A stretch of DNA of 64,000 bases from an uncultured Verrucomicrobiae bacterium (GCA_963812605.1 CAWEWF010000014.1:512001-576000), one strand, 5' to 3'. Counted from the stretch's first letter, positions 1 through 9,198 are shown. Notes: generated by a model from the letters alone, not told the origin. Program-made: numbers and translations.

Positions 1-114
1 TCGATGCTATGGGCCGAAAACGTATTCGCCACGCAGTTTCATCCCGAAAAGTCGCAAGCGGTCGGCTTGAAGATGTTGCGGAATTTTGTGCGATTGGGGA
101 AGGGGCGGACTTGA
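1..114 (+). CDS. hisH: Imidazole glycerol phosphate synthase subunit HisH, C-terminal end (truncated by window)
   Basis: Frame 1 reads [24 protein letters not shown], containing the HisH QFHPEKS motif; stop overlaps the hisA start (TTGA). Confidence 0.93.
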   Translation, partial: SMLWAENVFATQFHPEKSQAVGLKMLRNFVRLGKGRT

Positions 115-842
115 GCCGACCTTTTCTTGTTTATCCGGCGATCGATCTGAAGGGCGGCAAGGTGGTTCGTCTCCAACAGGGGCGCGCCGATGCCATGACC
201 GTCTACAGTGACGATCCGGTTGCTATTGCCAGGCGCTGGGAAGAGGAAGGCGCGCGCTATTTGCATGTGGTCGATCTCGATGGGGCCTTTGAAGGCGAGC
301 CGCGCAACTGGGAAAGCGTGAAGGCAATTCTTAAGGCCGTGCAGATTCCCGTTCAACTGGGCGGCGGGATGCGCACGCGGGCGCAGATCGAAGACGCCAT
401 GGAGATGGGCATCACGCGCGTGGTCGTTGGCACCAGGGCATGCGAGTCGCCTGAATTCGTGCGGACGCTCGCAACAGAGTTCGGCGCACATATCGCCGTG
501 GGTATCGATGCGCGGGATGGCTTTGTGGCGGTCAAAGGCTGGGTGGAACGCACAGAGATCTCCGCGGTGGATTTTGCCCGACAAATCGACGAGCTGGGGG
601 TGCAACACATCATTTTCACGGACATCGCCACGGACGGGACGCTAACGGGACCGAATTACGCGGCGATCCGGAGCGTGTGCGCCGCGGTGAAATGCTTTGT
701 GATCGCCAGCGGCGGTGTGAGTGGTCTTGAGGATGTTCGTCAACTCCAGAGCATGACCAGGGAATATTCCAATCTCACCGGCGTCATCATCGGCAAGGCC
801 CTCTACGACGGTCGTATCGACTTGAAACAGCTTGAGGCCTAA
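111..842 (+). CDS. hisA: ProFAR isomerase HisA
   Basis: [45 protein letters not shown] and GKALY motifs; TTG start at 111 overlaps the hisH stop. Confidence 0.96.
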   Translation: MSRPFLVYPAIDLKGGKVVRLQQGRADAMTVYSDDPVAIARRWEEEGARYLHVVDLDGAFEGEPRNWESVKAILKAVQIPVQLGGGMRTRAQIEDAMEMGITRVVVGTRACESPEFVRTLATEFGAHIAVGIDARDGFVAVKGWVERTEISAVDFARQIDELGVQHIIFTDIATDGTLTGPNYAAIRSVCAAVKCFVIASGGVSGLEDVRQLQSMTREYSNLTGVIIGKALYDGRIDLKQLEA

Positions 843-893
843 ACGGCAAACGCGCCGCCAGAGACTGGCAGCGCGTTCGCGAGAGCCGTTTTT
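841..893. terminator. Probable bidirectional intrinsic terminator between convergent genes
   Basis: Nested inverted repeat aaacggc/gccgttt, aacgcgc/gcgcgtt, gccag/ctggc followed by a T-run. Confidence 0.6.
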
Positions 894-899
894 CAATCT

Positions 900-1913
900 T
901 TAGGGCATGTCACCCTGCAAGTGGACGGTGTCGAATCCATCCCGGATCTGGATGATCCTTCCCGAGAGGTCACCGATATCGCGGGCTTGCTGCGGGAGAG
1001 GATCGCCGAATTGGGTATCGCGGACGAAGGTGGCCTTGGAACCGAGATTTTTCTGCGTCATGTTGTCGATTGGAATCATGACCGTCATGACGTGGTTCGT
1101 GTCATCGGCAATAAAGAGGGTGTATTGCTGGCCGGGCGTCAAGTTCGATGCCTGGATCTTTATCACCGAGCGGCCGGTATTCCCATTGAAGCTGATATTG
1201 ACCGTGGCGACAGCGTTCGGACTGGCGTCGCCAACAGCGACCAACTTGCTCTTTCGATGATAGCTCAGCGCGCTCGGATTGTCCGTCAACCCGTAGAGAG
1301 GCGCCCACAGGGCTGAAAAAATCGTGCCCGTTTGACCGGGATTCGGGATCACGATGCCATCGATGATGTTGGTCACATTCCCAACGATATTCGTCACGCC
1401 CGAGATAATATTGGTCACGCCACCGATGATGTTCGTAAAGATCGTTGTCACGTTCGGAAAGCCGGGTTGGGCAATGACAACTTCCGTATTACTGAGTTCG
1501 GTTAAGTTTCCGAAGAAAGGAAGGATGTCCGCAGGTGCCTGACCCGTCCCAACGTAGGAGCGTGTCCACGTGCCCTTCTTGACATTTGTACGGGCCAAAG
1601 GCGCCAAGGCCAAGGTATCGGCGATATTGGTAGTAACGATGGGTTCCAGGCGAATAAAAGGACCCCAGTTGGTCGAACCTAATGCACCGACGTTGACCTG
1701 AAATGTTTCGTTTCCAGCCGCATCAATCTGCGCCAACACGGAACCAAACGCGCTGCGGGGCGAGGGATCCACCACCCGCCGCAGTTGGCTGCGGGCAATC
1801 AGGGTGCCGCCGGCGGCGCGGGCGGAGTGGGTCAGAACAACGCACAGGGACAGGGTGACAGCGACCAGGCTGCCCGTAAAAATAATCGACCAGTTCTTTT
1901 TGCTCTTAAGCAT
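900..1913 (-). CDS. Secreted hypothetical protein with two related beta-rich halves and a central TNI heptad repeat
   Basis: Signal peptide ending ARA-A; RBS aaggag upstream; TNIIGGV-TNIISGV-TNIVGNV-TNIIDG repeat. Confidence 0.8.
   Translation of the reverse strand: MLKSKKNWSIIFTGSLVAVTLSLCVVLTHSARAAGGTLIARSQLRRVVDPSPRSAFGSVLAQIDAAGNETFQVNVGALGSTNWGPFIRLEPIVTTNIADTLALAPLARTNVKKGTWTRSYVGTGQAPADILPFFGNLTELSNTEVVIAQPGFPNVTTIFTNIIGGVTNIISGVTNIVGNVTNIIDGIVIPNPGQTGTIFSALWAPLYGLTDNPSALSYHRKSKLVAVGDASPNAVATVNISFNGNTGRSVIKIQASNLTPGQQYTLFIADDTNHVMTVMIPIDNMTQKNLGSKATFVRDTQFGDPLPQQARDIGDLSGRIIQIRDGFDTVHLQGDMP
1362..1445. repeat. Coding tandem repeat, 4 x 21 bp
   Basis: gatgatgttggtcacattccc / aacgatattcgtcacgcccga / gataatattggtcacgccacc / gatgatgttcgtaaagatcgt. 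Confidence 0.85.
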
Positions 1914-2068
1914 CGCTGCATCTCCTTGTTTACGAGGCCGGTTTGGCTACAACAGTCAACCTCAGGACTCTAGTATAAAGCCGGCCAACACTGCAAGTAC
2001 AGAAAGATTCATGCCAATTGCAGGGCTTCACTGGACAAATACCGGGTGCATCGGGTAGGGTGGTAACC

Positions 2069-2384
2069 ATGCAAAACACGGCGATTGAGATCTGGATTTA
2101 CGGTGTGATCATGATTCTTGGGGGGATCATGGGATTTGTCAAAGTGGGCAGCAAGGCGTCGTTGATAGCGGGCGTGGGGATGGGATTGGCCCTGCTGGTG
2201 AGCGGCTTTGGCGTCTGGCGCGGCTCGACTGATAGTCTGCGGGTGGCGCTGGTGATCGCGGCGTTGCTCGTGGTGCATCTTCGCGATTCGCTACGCCAAA
2301 ACACGACGGTTCATGCCCGGTGGAATGCTGGCAATTCTTAGCCTGGTCGCCGTGGTCATTTTCGGGTTGGCGTGGAAGAAGTAG
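2069..2384 (+). CDS. TMEM14/FAX-family small membrane protein (one frameshift near 2275)
   Basis: YGVIMILGGIMGFVKVGSKASLIAG, then in a shifted frame RYAKTRRFMPGGMLAILS; both are TMEM14 signatures. Confidence 0.85.
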
Positions 2385-2387
2385 CCG

Positions 2388-4406
2388 ATGGCTCAAGAGT
2401 ACATCCTGAAACCCGCGCCCGGGGCGCGGGACCTTCACATTGATTACCGCGCCGAACTAAACGACCAGCAGTTCGAGGCGGTGACGGCCACGGGCGCTGA
2501 CGGCAGCGTCAACTCCGGCCCGATGCTGGTCATTGCCGGCGCGGGCAGCGGCAAGACGCGAACGCTCACGTACCGCGTGGCGTGGCTGGTGGAGCACGGC
2601 GTGCCGCCGGGGCGCATCCTCTTGCTGACATTCACGAACAAGGCCGCCAAGGAAATGCTGCGGCGCGTCGAGAAGTTTGTTGCCTACCGATATCTCCGCG
2701 ATCTGGGGCGGGACGTTCCATCACATCGGCAATCGCATTCTGCGTCGCCATGCGAAGCTTCTCGGCTTCGGCAACGATTTCACCATCCTTGACCGCGAAG
2801 ATTCCAAGGACATGCTCGACGCCTGTGTCGCCGAGGCCGGCATCGACACGAAGCAGGAGCGCTTCCCGAAAGGCGACGTGCTCGCGGACATCTACTCGCT
2901 CGCGGTGAACACCGACCGCTCCATTGAGAAGGTTTTGGTTGACCAGTACGATTATTTCTCGCATCTCGCCGGGCCCATCCAGACGTTGCGGGATGTTTAT
3001 CGCGAGCGCAAGCTCAAGGCCAATGCGATGGACTATGACGACCTGCTGGTGAACACGCTGCGACTGTTTCAAGAGCAGGGCGAGGTCGCCGCGCGCTACC
3101 GCGAACAGTTCCTGCACGTGCTGGTGGACGAATACCAGGACACGAACAAGATCCAGGCCGAGTTGATCGACGCCGTCGCGATGCTTCATCGCAATTTGAT
3201 GGTCGTGGGCGACGATGCGCAGTCGATTTATTCCTGGCGTGGCGCGAACTATCGCAACATCCTCGGTTTTCCGTCGCGTTACCCGAGCGCGCGCACGTTC
3301 AAGATCGAAGTCAATTACCGCAGCGTGCCGAGCATCCTCCAGCTGGCCAACGAAGCGATCAAGGCCAATGTCCACCAGTTCGCCAAGGTCCTCACGGCGG
3401 TGCGCGACGGTGGGCGTGAAACCGTGGCTGATCCCTTGCCCCGATGGCAACCAGCAATCGTTGTTCGTCGCCCAGCGCATCCTCGAATTGCGCGACGAAG
3501 GCGTGGCGCTCAACGAGATCGCGGTGCTTTACCGCGCGCATTATCACGCGATGGAATTGCAGATGGAGCTGACGCGCCGGAACATTCCCTACGTCATCAC
3601 CAGCGGTCTGCGGTTCTTCGAGCAGGCGCACGTGAAGGACGTGAGCAGTTTCCTCAAGGTGGCGGTCAATCCTCACGACGAGATGGCGTTCAAGCGGATC
3701 ATCAAGTTGCTGGCCGGTGTCGGCGCCAGGACGGCCGACAAACTCTGGGAGAAATTTCATCCGCTGCTTGCCGAAGGCAAACCGTTGCTGCTCACAAGCG
3801 ATGCGATTCCGAAGAAGGCGGTCGATGATTGGAAGAAGGCCGCACAGGCGTTGAATGAAATACGCGGCCTGGAATGCCGAAGCGGCCGCCGAGATGATCG
3901 AGAAAGTCGTGGACATCTTCTACGCGAGCTATCTCAAGGTGAAATACCCAAACGCGCGGACGCGCGAGGAAGATCTGCATCAACTCGCCTCGTTCGGGAT
4001 GCAATTTGAGAGCCTCGACGATTTCCTGAGCCAGTTGGCCCTGTTGACGAACATCGAGGCCGACGACGCTTCGTTGTTGGCGTCGAACGAGCAGGAGTAC
4101 GTGCGCCTGAGCACCGTGCACCAGGCGAAAGGGCAGGAGTGGAAGGCCGTGTTCGTGGTCGGCCTGTGCGATGGAATGTTCCCGCTCGCCCGCTCGCTCG
4201 ACAACCTCGAAGGCCTGGAGGAAGAGCGGCGATTGTTCTACGTAGCGGTCACGCGCGCGAAGGACGAATTGTATCTCACCTATCCGCTCTTCCGCATGAG
4301 CGGCGGCGACAGCGGCGGTTTCCAACGCCCCTCCCGTTTCGTCGCCGAACTGCCCAAGACGCATTATCAGGAATTCTCCATCCGGCATCAGCATGGGGAG
4401 TGGTAG
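2388..4406 (+). CDS. ATP-dependent DNA helicase, UvrD/PcrA family (about 3 frameshifts near 2677, 3415, 3870)
   Basis: [52 protein letters not shown] and [13 protein letters not shown] spread over four consecutive ORFs. Confidence 0.93.
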
Positions 4407-4481
4407 GACAAGTCGGTTCTCAAAACGCTTCATTGCGAAGCTACTGCCCCTAACGGGCGAGACTTTCGCGCCACTGCTGTC

Positions 4482-4510
4482 TTGACCGTGAACCTGCAAG
4501 TTCATAACCT
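4482..4510 (+). promoter_or_regulatory. Sigma70-type promoter, probably leaderless transcript
   Basis: TTGACC (4482-4487), 17 bp, TAACCT (4505-4510), 6 bp, then ATG at 4517. Confidence 0.6.
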
Positions 4511-4516
4511 TCCTCC

Positions 4517-5125
4517 ATGAACCGCTTCTGGCCGGAAGTCTCGCCTTCTCGGATTGCGATGCTGGCTGAAACCCAGTTCCTGTTTTTCTTATTTTTTATG
4601 GTCCTGGGATTGTTGGTGCTCACCGTGTTCTACCTATTGACTCTGCAAACGGCTCTGCGTCAATGCTCCTCAGAAGTGCGTACCATGGATCCCGGCAAAG
4701 TGTGGCTGTGTTTCGTACCTCTTTTCAATTGGTACTGGCAATTCGTCGTGGTTGAAAATCTCTCAAAGTCCCTCGCAGGGGAATTCCATAAACGGGGAAT
4801 TATCATTGGGAAAAACCCCGGCCGAGCCATCGGACTGACAATGTGTATATTGGCGATCTTTAGTGTGATAAGCCATCTCCTGGCAATCCCCGCCATGATT
4901 TGCTGGATAATTTATTGGGTTAAAATTGCAAGCTTCTCCGCAAGGCTGGCGTCCGAACAACCGAGTCTATCCCGACTGGATTCAGATCAAAGACATTACG
5001 ACATTGTGGAGAAACGTGACCTGAAAGTTGAGTTGGATGCTCATTCGACTCGATGCCTGTTTTGTGGTGAGGTCATCAGTGTGCTATCGGAAGTATGCGA
5101 AAAGTGTGGTCGTCCTACTTTCTAA
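4517..5125 (+). CDS. DUF4328-like membrane protein with C-terminal zinc ribbon
   Basis: MDPGKVWLCFVPLFNWYWQF motif, several hydrophobic helices, C-terminal CLFC...CEKC; lower GC than flanks. Confidence 0.7.
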   Translation: MNRFWPEVSPSRIAMLAETQFLFFLFFMVLGLLVLTVFYLLTLQTALRQCSSEVRTMDPGKVWLCFVPLFNWYWQFVVVENLSKSLAGEFHKRGIIIGKNPGRAIGLTMCILAIFSVISHLLAIPAMICWIIYWVKIASFSARLASEQPSLSRLDSDQRHYDIVEKRDLKVELDAHSTRCLFCGEVISVLSEVCEKCGRPTF

Positions 5126-5240
5126 TGTTTCTTGTCAAAACCACATCGCGCCGTGTCGCGCAGCCAGTGCTGCACAACGATATCGGGAATGCAGTAATCT
5201 TGCCGGACGCGGTGGGGAGCATGGGCATGTTGGACAGATG

Positions 5241-5275
5241 AACGTTCAACACCCAACGTTCGACGCACAACTTTC
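5241..5275. repeat. Degenerate heptamer tandem repeat (5 units)
   Basis: aacgttc aacaccc aacgttc gacgcac aactttc. Confidence 0.7.
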
Positions 5276-5304
5276 AAAGGGAGAGAGGACGCAAAAGTAG
5301 CCGT

Positions 5305-5369
5305 GGTCAACTCCGCACTCGTAACAGAAATGCTGTTGCCCAGTTCAATCCTCAATCCGCGCGCGGCGA
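5305..5369. repeat. 65-bp direct repeat, copy 1 (copy 2 at 6171-6235)
   Basis: ggtcaactccgcactc...cgcgcggcga; 59/65 identical by manual alignment. Confidence 0.92.
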
Positions 5370-5462
5370 TCTGTGAATCGAGGTATCCTCGCTTCGCTAA
5401 AGCTACGGCGGACAAGGAGCACCCACCCCTTTGTCCCCGCCGAGGAGGGGAAGCCGCTGCTG

Positions 5463-5718
5463 CTACAACTCCAACTCGCGCAGCAGGTCATCGACGCTTA
5501 CGTGATGATGTGCAGCCAGGTCTTTGAGGATGCCGTGAAGTGTGCCGACCTTGATCGGATCGTGGTTCGGCACGGTGAGGTGATGTTCGCCGCCTTGTTG
5601 TGTGGCTAAGCGGATATACGAGCCGGTTTGCCGCAACACCGTGTAGCCGAATTTCCGGAGGGCACGGACAAGTTTGACGCCACAGGCAGGGACGCCTGTG
5701 CCACCAACACGGACTCAT
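5463..5718 (-). pseudogene. hicA: HicA-family mRNA interferase toxin, disrupted (not in the ORF track)
   Basis: Frame reads GVKLVRALRKFGYTVLRQTGSYIRLATQQGGEHHLTVPNHDPIKVGTLHGILKDLAAHHHVSVDDLLRELEL*; ATG at 5718 is out of frame, a REP occupies the N-terminus, GSH motif reads GSY. Confidence 0.85.
5681..5705 (-). repeat. REP-like palindrome (GTGG-type) in the hicA 5' end
   Basis: Minus strand GGTGG-CACAGGC-gtccct-GCCTGTG hairpin. Confidence 0.7.
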
Positions 5719-5930
5719 ACGGTCAGGACTTCATCCCGCACGAAGTGCAGGCGGATGATCCCGGGCCGTTCGGGATCGTTTTCGTCAAAGTGACAGGCGA
5801 CCGCGTCCTTGACCATCGCTCGCAAGTTCTCCATGTCTTCACCTTGCGTGAAAATGGAATAGCCCAAGGCCCGCGCGTTGTAGCCGCCTTCCTCGGCTTC
5901 ATGAACTTCAAAGATGATTTCTTTCATCAC
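5715..5930 (-). CDS. hicB: HicB-like antitoxin (short form, no DNA-binding domain)
   Basis: EIIFEVHEAEEGGYNARALGYSIFTQGEDMENLRAMVKDAVACHF; ATGA overlap with hicA. Confidence 0.85.
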   Translation of the reverse strand: MMKEIIFEVHEAEEGGYNARALGYSIFTQGEDMENLRAMVKDAVACHFDENDPERPGIIRLHFVRDEVLTV

Positions 5931-5941
5931 AGGCTATCTTA

Positions 5942-6074
5942 CTAGTGCTGTGACACAGTTCATTCGATGGGTAGGGCGCGGTGGCCCACCGCGCCGTGCC
6001 GGTGTGGAATAGCGGACGGCTCGGCGAGCCGTCCCTACCAACGACCCTGCAAATGAAGCATGTCATACCACTAG
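5942..6074. mobile_element. Non-autonomous MITE with IS630-like CTAGTG ends, carrying an inverted REP pair
   Basis: 25-bp imperfect terminal inverted repeats (ctagtgctgtgacacagttcattcg vs reverse complement ctagtggtatgacatgcttcatttg, 19/25); CTAG/TA at both ends; internal GTAG REPs at 5971-5997 and 6016-6038. Confidence 0.72.
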
Positions 6075-6170
6075 TGCAAACGATCATTCACAAGTATCGT
6101 CTTGAGCGCCCAATCCCGCCTATAGCCGGCGTCATGTGCTCAGACGCAGGGGTGAAAGGTACGTCGTCAG

Positions 6171-6235
6171 GGTCAACTCCGCACTCATGACAGAAATGCT
6201 GTTGCCCGGTTCGATCCTCAATCTCCGCGCGGCGA
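6171..6235. repeat. 65-bp direct repeat, copy 2
   Basis: Matches 5305-5369 at 59/65 positions. Confidence 0.92.
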
Positions 6236-6457
6236 ACAGCCCGCTCCGTTTCCTTTGGGTGGCGCCATTCAGTATTCCCCCACCCAAGGTGCGGCAGCGC
6301 AGAGGGTCGGCTTACCCTCTCAAGCGCTGGATTCTGCACCGGCTGTCCGCCGTACCCTGTCGCGCCAACTGGCGCAGGCGGGTTCAGCCCCGCACTTTTC
6401 GTTATCGCCCGCCAACAGCGCTTCATGCCGCTCTTAAACTTATCCACAAGCCACGAC

Positions 6458-6486
6458 TTGCACGAATTCAGAAAGTGTGAAATACT
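6458..6486 (+). promoter_or_regulatory. Probable leaderless promoter of the AbrB-PIN TA operon
   Basis: TTGCAC, 17 bp, AATACT, 6 bp, then ATG at 6493. Confidence 0.45.
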
Positions 6487-6492
6487 GATTAC

Positions 6493-6729
6493 ATGACCAA
6501 AGTCATTAACATCAATGAGCGCGGGACGCTGACGCTGCCCAAGGAAATGCGGAACAAGCTCGGCCTGAAAGACGCCCGCCAGGTTGTCGCCGAGGAGACA
6601 GCGCGGGGTATTTTGATCCGTTCTGGCGTCACGTTCCCCGTAGAGATTTATACAGACAAGCGGATCGCGGAATTTGACCGCAACAACGAGCAAGCACTTC
6701 GTCGTTATCGGCTTAAGACAAAACGATGA
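6493..6729 (+). CDS. AbrB/MazE/SpoVT-family antitoxin
   Basis: INERGTLTLPKEMRNKLGL swapped-hairpin motif; ATGA overlap with the PIN gene. Confidence 0.88.
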   Translation: MTKVININERGTLTLPKEMRNKLGLKDARQVVAEETARGILIRSGVTFPVEIYTDKRIAEFDRNNEQALRRYRLKTKR

Positions 6730-7133
6730 GGGTGTTTCTCGACGCCAACATTCTCTTTTCGGCATCGAAGCCGAAGAGTCGCATTCGGGCATTGATTGAT
6801 CTGGCCTCCCAACACGGTGAGAGCATCACCAATGCCTACGCTGTAGAAGAAGCCCGTCGCAACCTCGCCTTGAAGCAGCCTGCCTTTGTAGCGGAACTCG
6901 ATAAGCTAACGAGAAAACTGGAAATCGTCACCGCCCTGAGCGCCAAGATTGAGATCAAATTGCCACCCAAGGACGTTCCGATTCTTGCGGGTGCGATTGC
7001 GGGTCGCGCTACACATCTTCTCACGGGTGACGAACGCGACTTTGGCGCGTACTTCGGCAAAACCATCCAAGGCGTGAAGATCGTCTCACCCCAAATGCTT
7101 GCGAACGAGCTTGTGCGCGAAGGGCTGCTCTGA
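6726..7133 (+). CDS. PIN-domain (VapC-like) toxin
   Basis: VFLDANILFS, EEARRNL, KDVPILAGA, LLTGDERDF acidic PIN residues. Confidence 0.9.
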   Translation: MRVFLDANILFSASKPKSRIRALIDLASQHGESITNAYAVEEARRNLALKQPAFVAELDKLTRKLEIVTALSAKIEIKLPPKDVPILAGAIAGRATHLLTGDERDFGAYFGKTIQGVKIVSPQMLANELVREGLL

Positions 7134-7302
7134 CTCCATTTGCTCTCGATGTGTTTTCTCCACGGGGGAAGCTATTCAACCGCGCACTGTAGCAGGCCCG
7201 TTACCATTCGAACTCCGTCGTCTACCTGATTGGCAGCGAGAAAAAGAGTTGCACGTCCTTTTTGGAGAGATTATGTCGGCTGCGGGGGTAAACGCAGCCA
7301 AG

Positions 7303-7328
7303 GGCCGCGGTCAGCGCCTGCGGCTACA
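7303..7328 (-). repeat. GTAG-type REP-like palindrome
   Basis: Minus strand tGTAG-ccgcagg-cgctga-ccgcggcc. Confidence 0.55.
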
Positions 7329-7429
7329 ACGGACGGACGACGGCACGCCGGCTGCATACATGACGATGGTCTTCGCGGCAAGTTGCTGGCGGGGAGGATT
7401 TTTTGACAAATGGTAAGTTTCCTGTGCCA

Positions 7430-7458
7430 TTGACAAGGATTGAGGTGTCTCATATCGT
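7430..7458 (+). promoter_or_regulatory. Sigma70-type promoter of the T2SS operon
   Basis: TTGACA (7430-7435), 17 bp, TATCGT (7453-7458); suggests a near-leaderless start, possibly at ATG 7468. Confidence 0.6.
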
Positions 7459-7461
7459 GGT

Positions 7462-9198
7462 ATGAACATGACGATGGCCGTTGCCGATACGATACCCGCT
7501 GATTTGCGCCAGTTGCTGCAACAGACGGGGCTCTTTACGGACGTGCAGATTTCCGAGGTCCTCACCAGCCAGCAGACGGCGGCCCAACCACTGATCACCA
7601 CACTGGTAAAGTCCCGGGTCGCCACGGAGGAGAAATTGCTCGAGGCGCTGGCCACGGCGTTGCATTTGCCGTTTACCCGCATCACCGACAAAGAGATTGA
7701 CGCGGCGACGCGGGCGAAAGTTCCCACGAAAGTTGTCTTCCAGCACAACGTCATGCCGATGCGCCAGGAGAACGGCACGCTCATCGTCGCGGCGCATGAT
7801 CCGTTCAACCTGACGATGCTCGAAGCGGTCCGCCTGGTCACCCAGTGCCGCGTCCAGCTCGCGTTATGCACGGAGGCCGACATCGCGAAGGCCCTGAAGC
7901 GCTACTACGGCGTTGGCGCGGAGACGCTCGATGAATTGTTGCAGAAGAACGTGCTCGATATCGACGAGATCGAGATGGTCACGAAGGACGACCTCGAAAG
8001 CGGGGACCAGGAAGCGAGCGTCGTCAAGTTCGTGAACCAAATCATCGGGGAAGCGTACAAGGAGCGCGCGACGGACATCCACATGGAACCGATGGAGAAC
8101 GATCTGCGCATCCGTTATCGCGTGGACGGCGCGTTGCACCAGACGCCGGTGCCGGCTTATTTGAAACGGTTCCAGGCGGCGATCATCTCGCGCATCAAGG
8201 TCATGGCGAACATGGACATTGCGGAGCGCCGCCTGCCGCAGGATGGCCGTATCAATGTCCGCAGCAGCGGCGCGGAGATCGACGTGCGCGTGTCGACCAT
8301 CCCGACGGCCTACGGCGAGAGCGTCAGCTTGCGTTTGCTGACGCGCAGCAACATCTTCCTCGGGCTCGAGAGCCTGGGACTGAACAAGGACAACGAGAAG
8401 ACCGTCCGCAAGCTGATCGATCTGCCTCACGGCATCATTCTGGTGACGGGCCCCACCGGCTCGGGAAAGTCCACCTCGCTCTACGCGTTCCTCAGCACGA
8501 TCAACTCGATTGACCAGCGCATTATCACGATCGAGGAACCGGTGGAATATGAACTTCCGGGCGTCAACCAGATTTCCGTGAAATCGGAAATCGGGCTGAC
8601 GTTTGCCAGCGGCTTGCGCCACATTTTGCGGCAGGACCCCGATGTCATCATGGTCGGTGAAGTACGCGACCTCGAAACGGCGGAAATCGCGATCCGCGCC
8701 GCGCTGACGGGCCACCTGGTGTTCTCCACGCTGCACACCAACGATGCGCCGGGCGCCATCACGCGGTTGATCGACATGGGCATCGAACCCTTCCTGGTGA
8801 GTTCCTCCGTGGAGGCGCTCATGGCCCAGCGGCTGATTCGCACGCTTTGCAAGTCATGCAAGGAAGAGTACAAGCCCGATGTCGAGCTTCTCCGCGAAGT
8901 GGGTTTCCCGATGGAAGACCTCGGCAGGGTCAAGTTCTACCGCGGCCGCGGCTGTGAGGATTGCCGCTTTACCGGCTTCAAGGGGCGCTCGGCCATCTAT
9001 GAGATTCTCGTCATGAGCGAGGCGCTGCGTCCGCTCATTATCGAACGGGCCTCGTCAGCGGCCATCAAGCATCTGGCTTGCACGCAGGGCATGAGGACCC
9101 TGCGCGATGACGGCTGGGAAAAGGTCAAGCAGGGCATCACGACCGTCGAGGAAGTGGCGCGCGTTACCCAGGAAGACGAAGAACTCTCTGCCACATAA
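7462..9198 (+). CDS. gspE: Type II secretion ATPase GspE/PilB
   Basis: GPTGSGKST, LRQDPDVIMVGEVRD, TGHLVFSTLHTNDA, tetracysteine CKSC...CEDC. Confidence 0.95.
   Translation: MNMTMAVADTIPADLRQLLQQTGLFTDVQISEVLTSQQTAAQPLITTLVKSRVATEEKLLEALATALHLPFTRITDKEIDAATRAKVPTKVVFQHNVMPMRQENGTLIVAAHDPFNLTMLEAVRLVTQCRVQLALCTEADIAKALKRYYGVGAETLDELLQKNVLDIDEIEMVTKDDLESGDQEASVVKFVNQIIGEAYKERATDIHMEPMENDLRIRYRVDGALHQTPVPAYLKRFQAAIISRIKVMANMDIAERRLPQDGRINVRSSGAEIDVRVSTIPTAYGESVSLRLLTRSNIFLGLESLGLNKDNEKTVRKLIDLPHGIILVTGPTGSGKSTSLYAFLSTINSIDQRIITIEEPVEYELPGVNQISVKSEIGLTFASGLRHILRQDPDVIMVGEVRDLETAEIAIRAALTGHLVFSTLHTNDAPGAITRLIDMGIEPFLVSSSVEALMAQRLIRTLCKSCKEEYKPDVELLREVGFPMEDLGRVKFYRGRGCEDCRFTGFKGRSAIYEILVMSEALRPLIIERASSAAIKHLACTQGMRTLRDDGWEKVKQGITTVEEVARVTQEDEELSAT

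Noticed and set aside
1362-1445. 21-bp repeats as a CRISPR array
   Set aside because: No spacers, in-frame coding repeats, and no cas genes in the window.
5715-5930. Reading this ORF as a 2-oxoisovalerate dehydrogenase subunit (a label often given to this family)
   Set aside because: It is only 71 aa, has a HicB-like pattern and is coupled to a hicA remnant.
5305-6235. 65-bp repeats as prophage/ICE att sites or integron attC sites
   Set aside because: No integrase or tRNA nearby, and no attC-type inverted core structure is evident.
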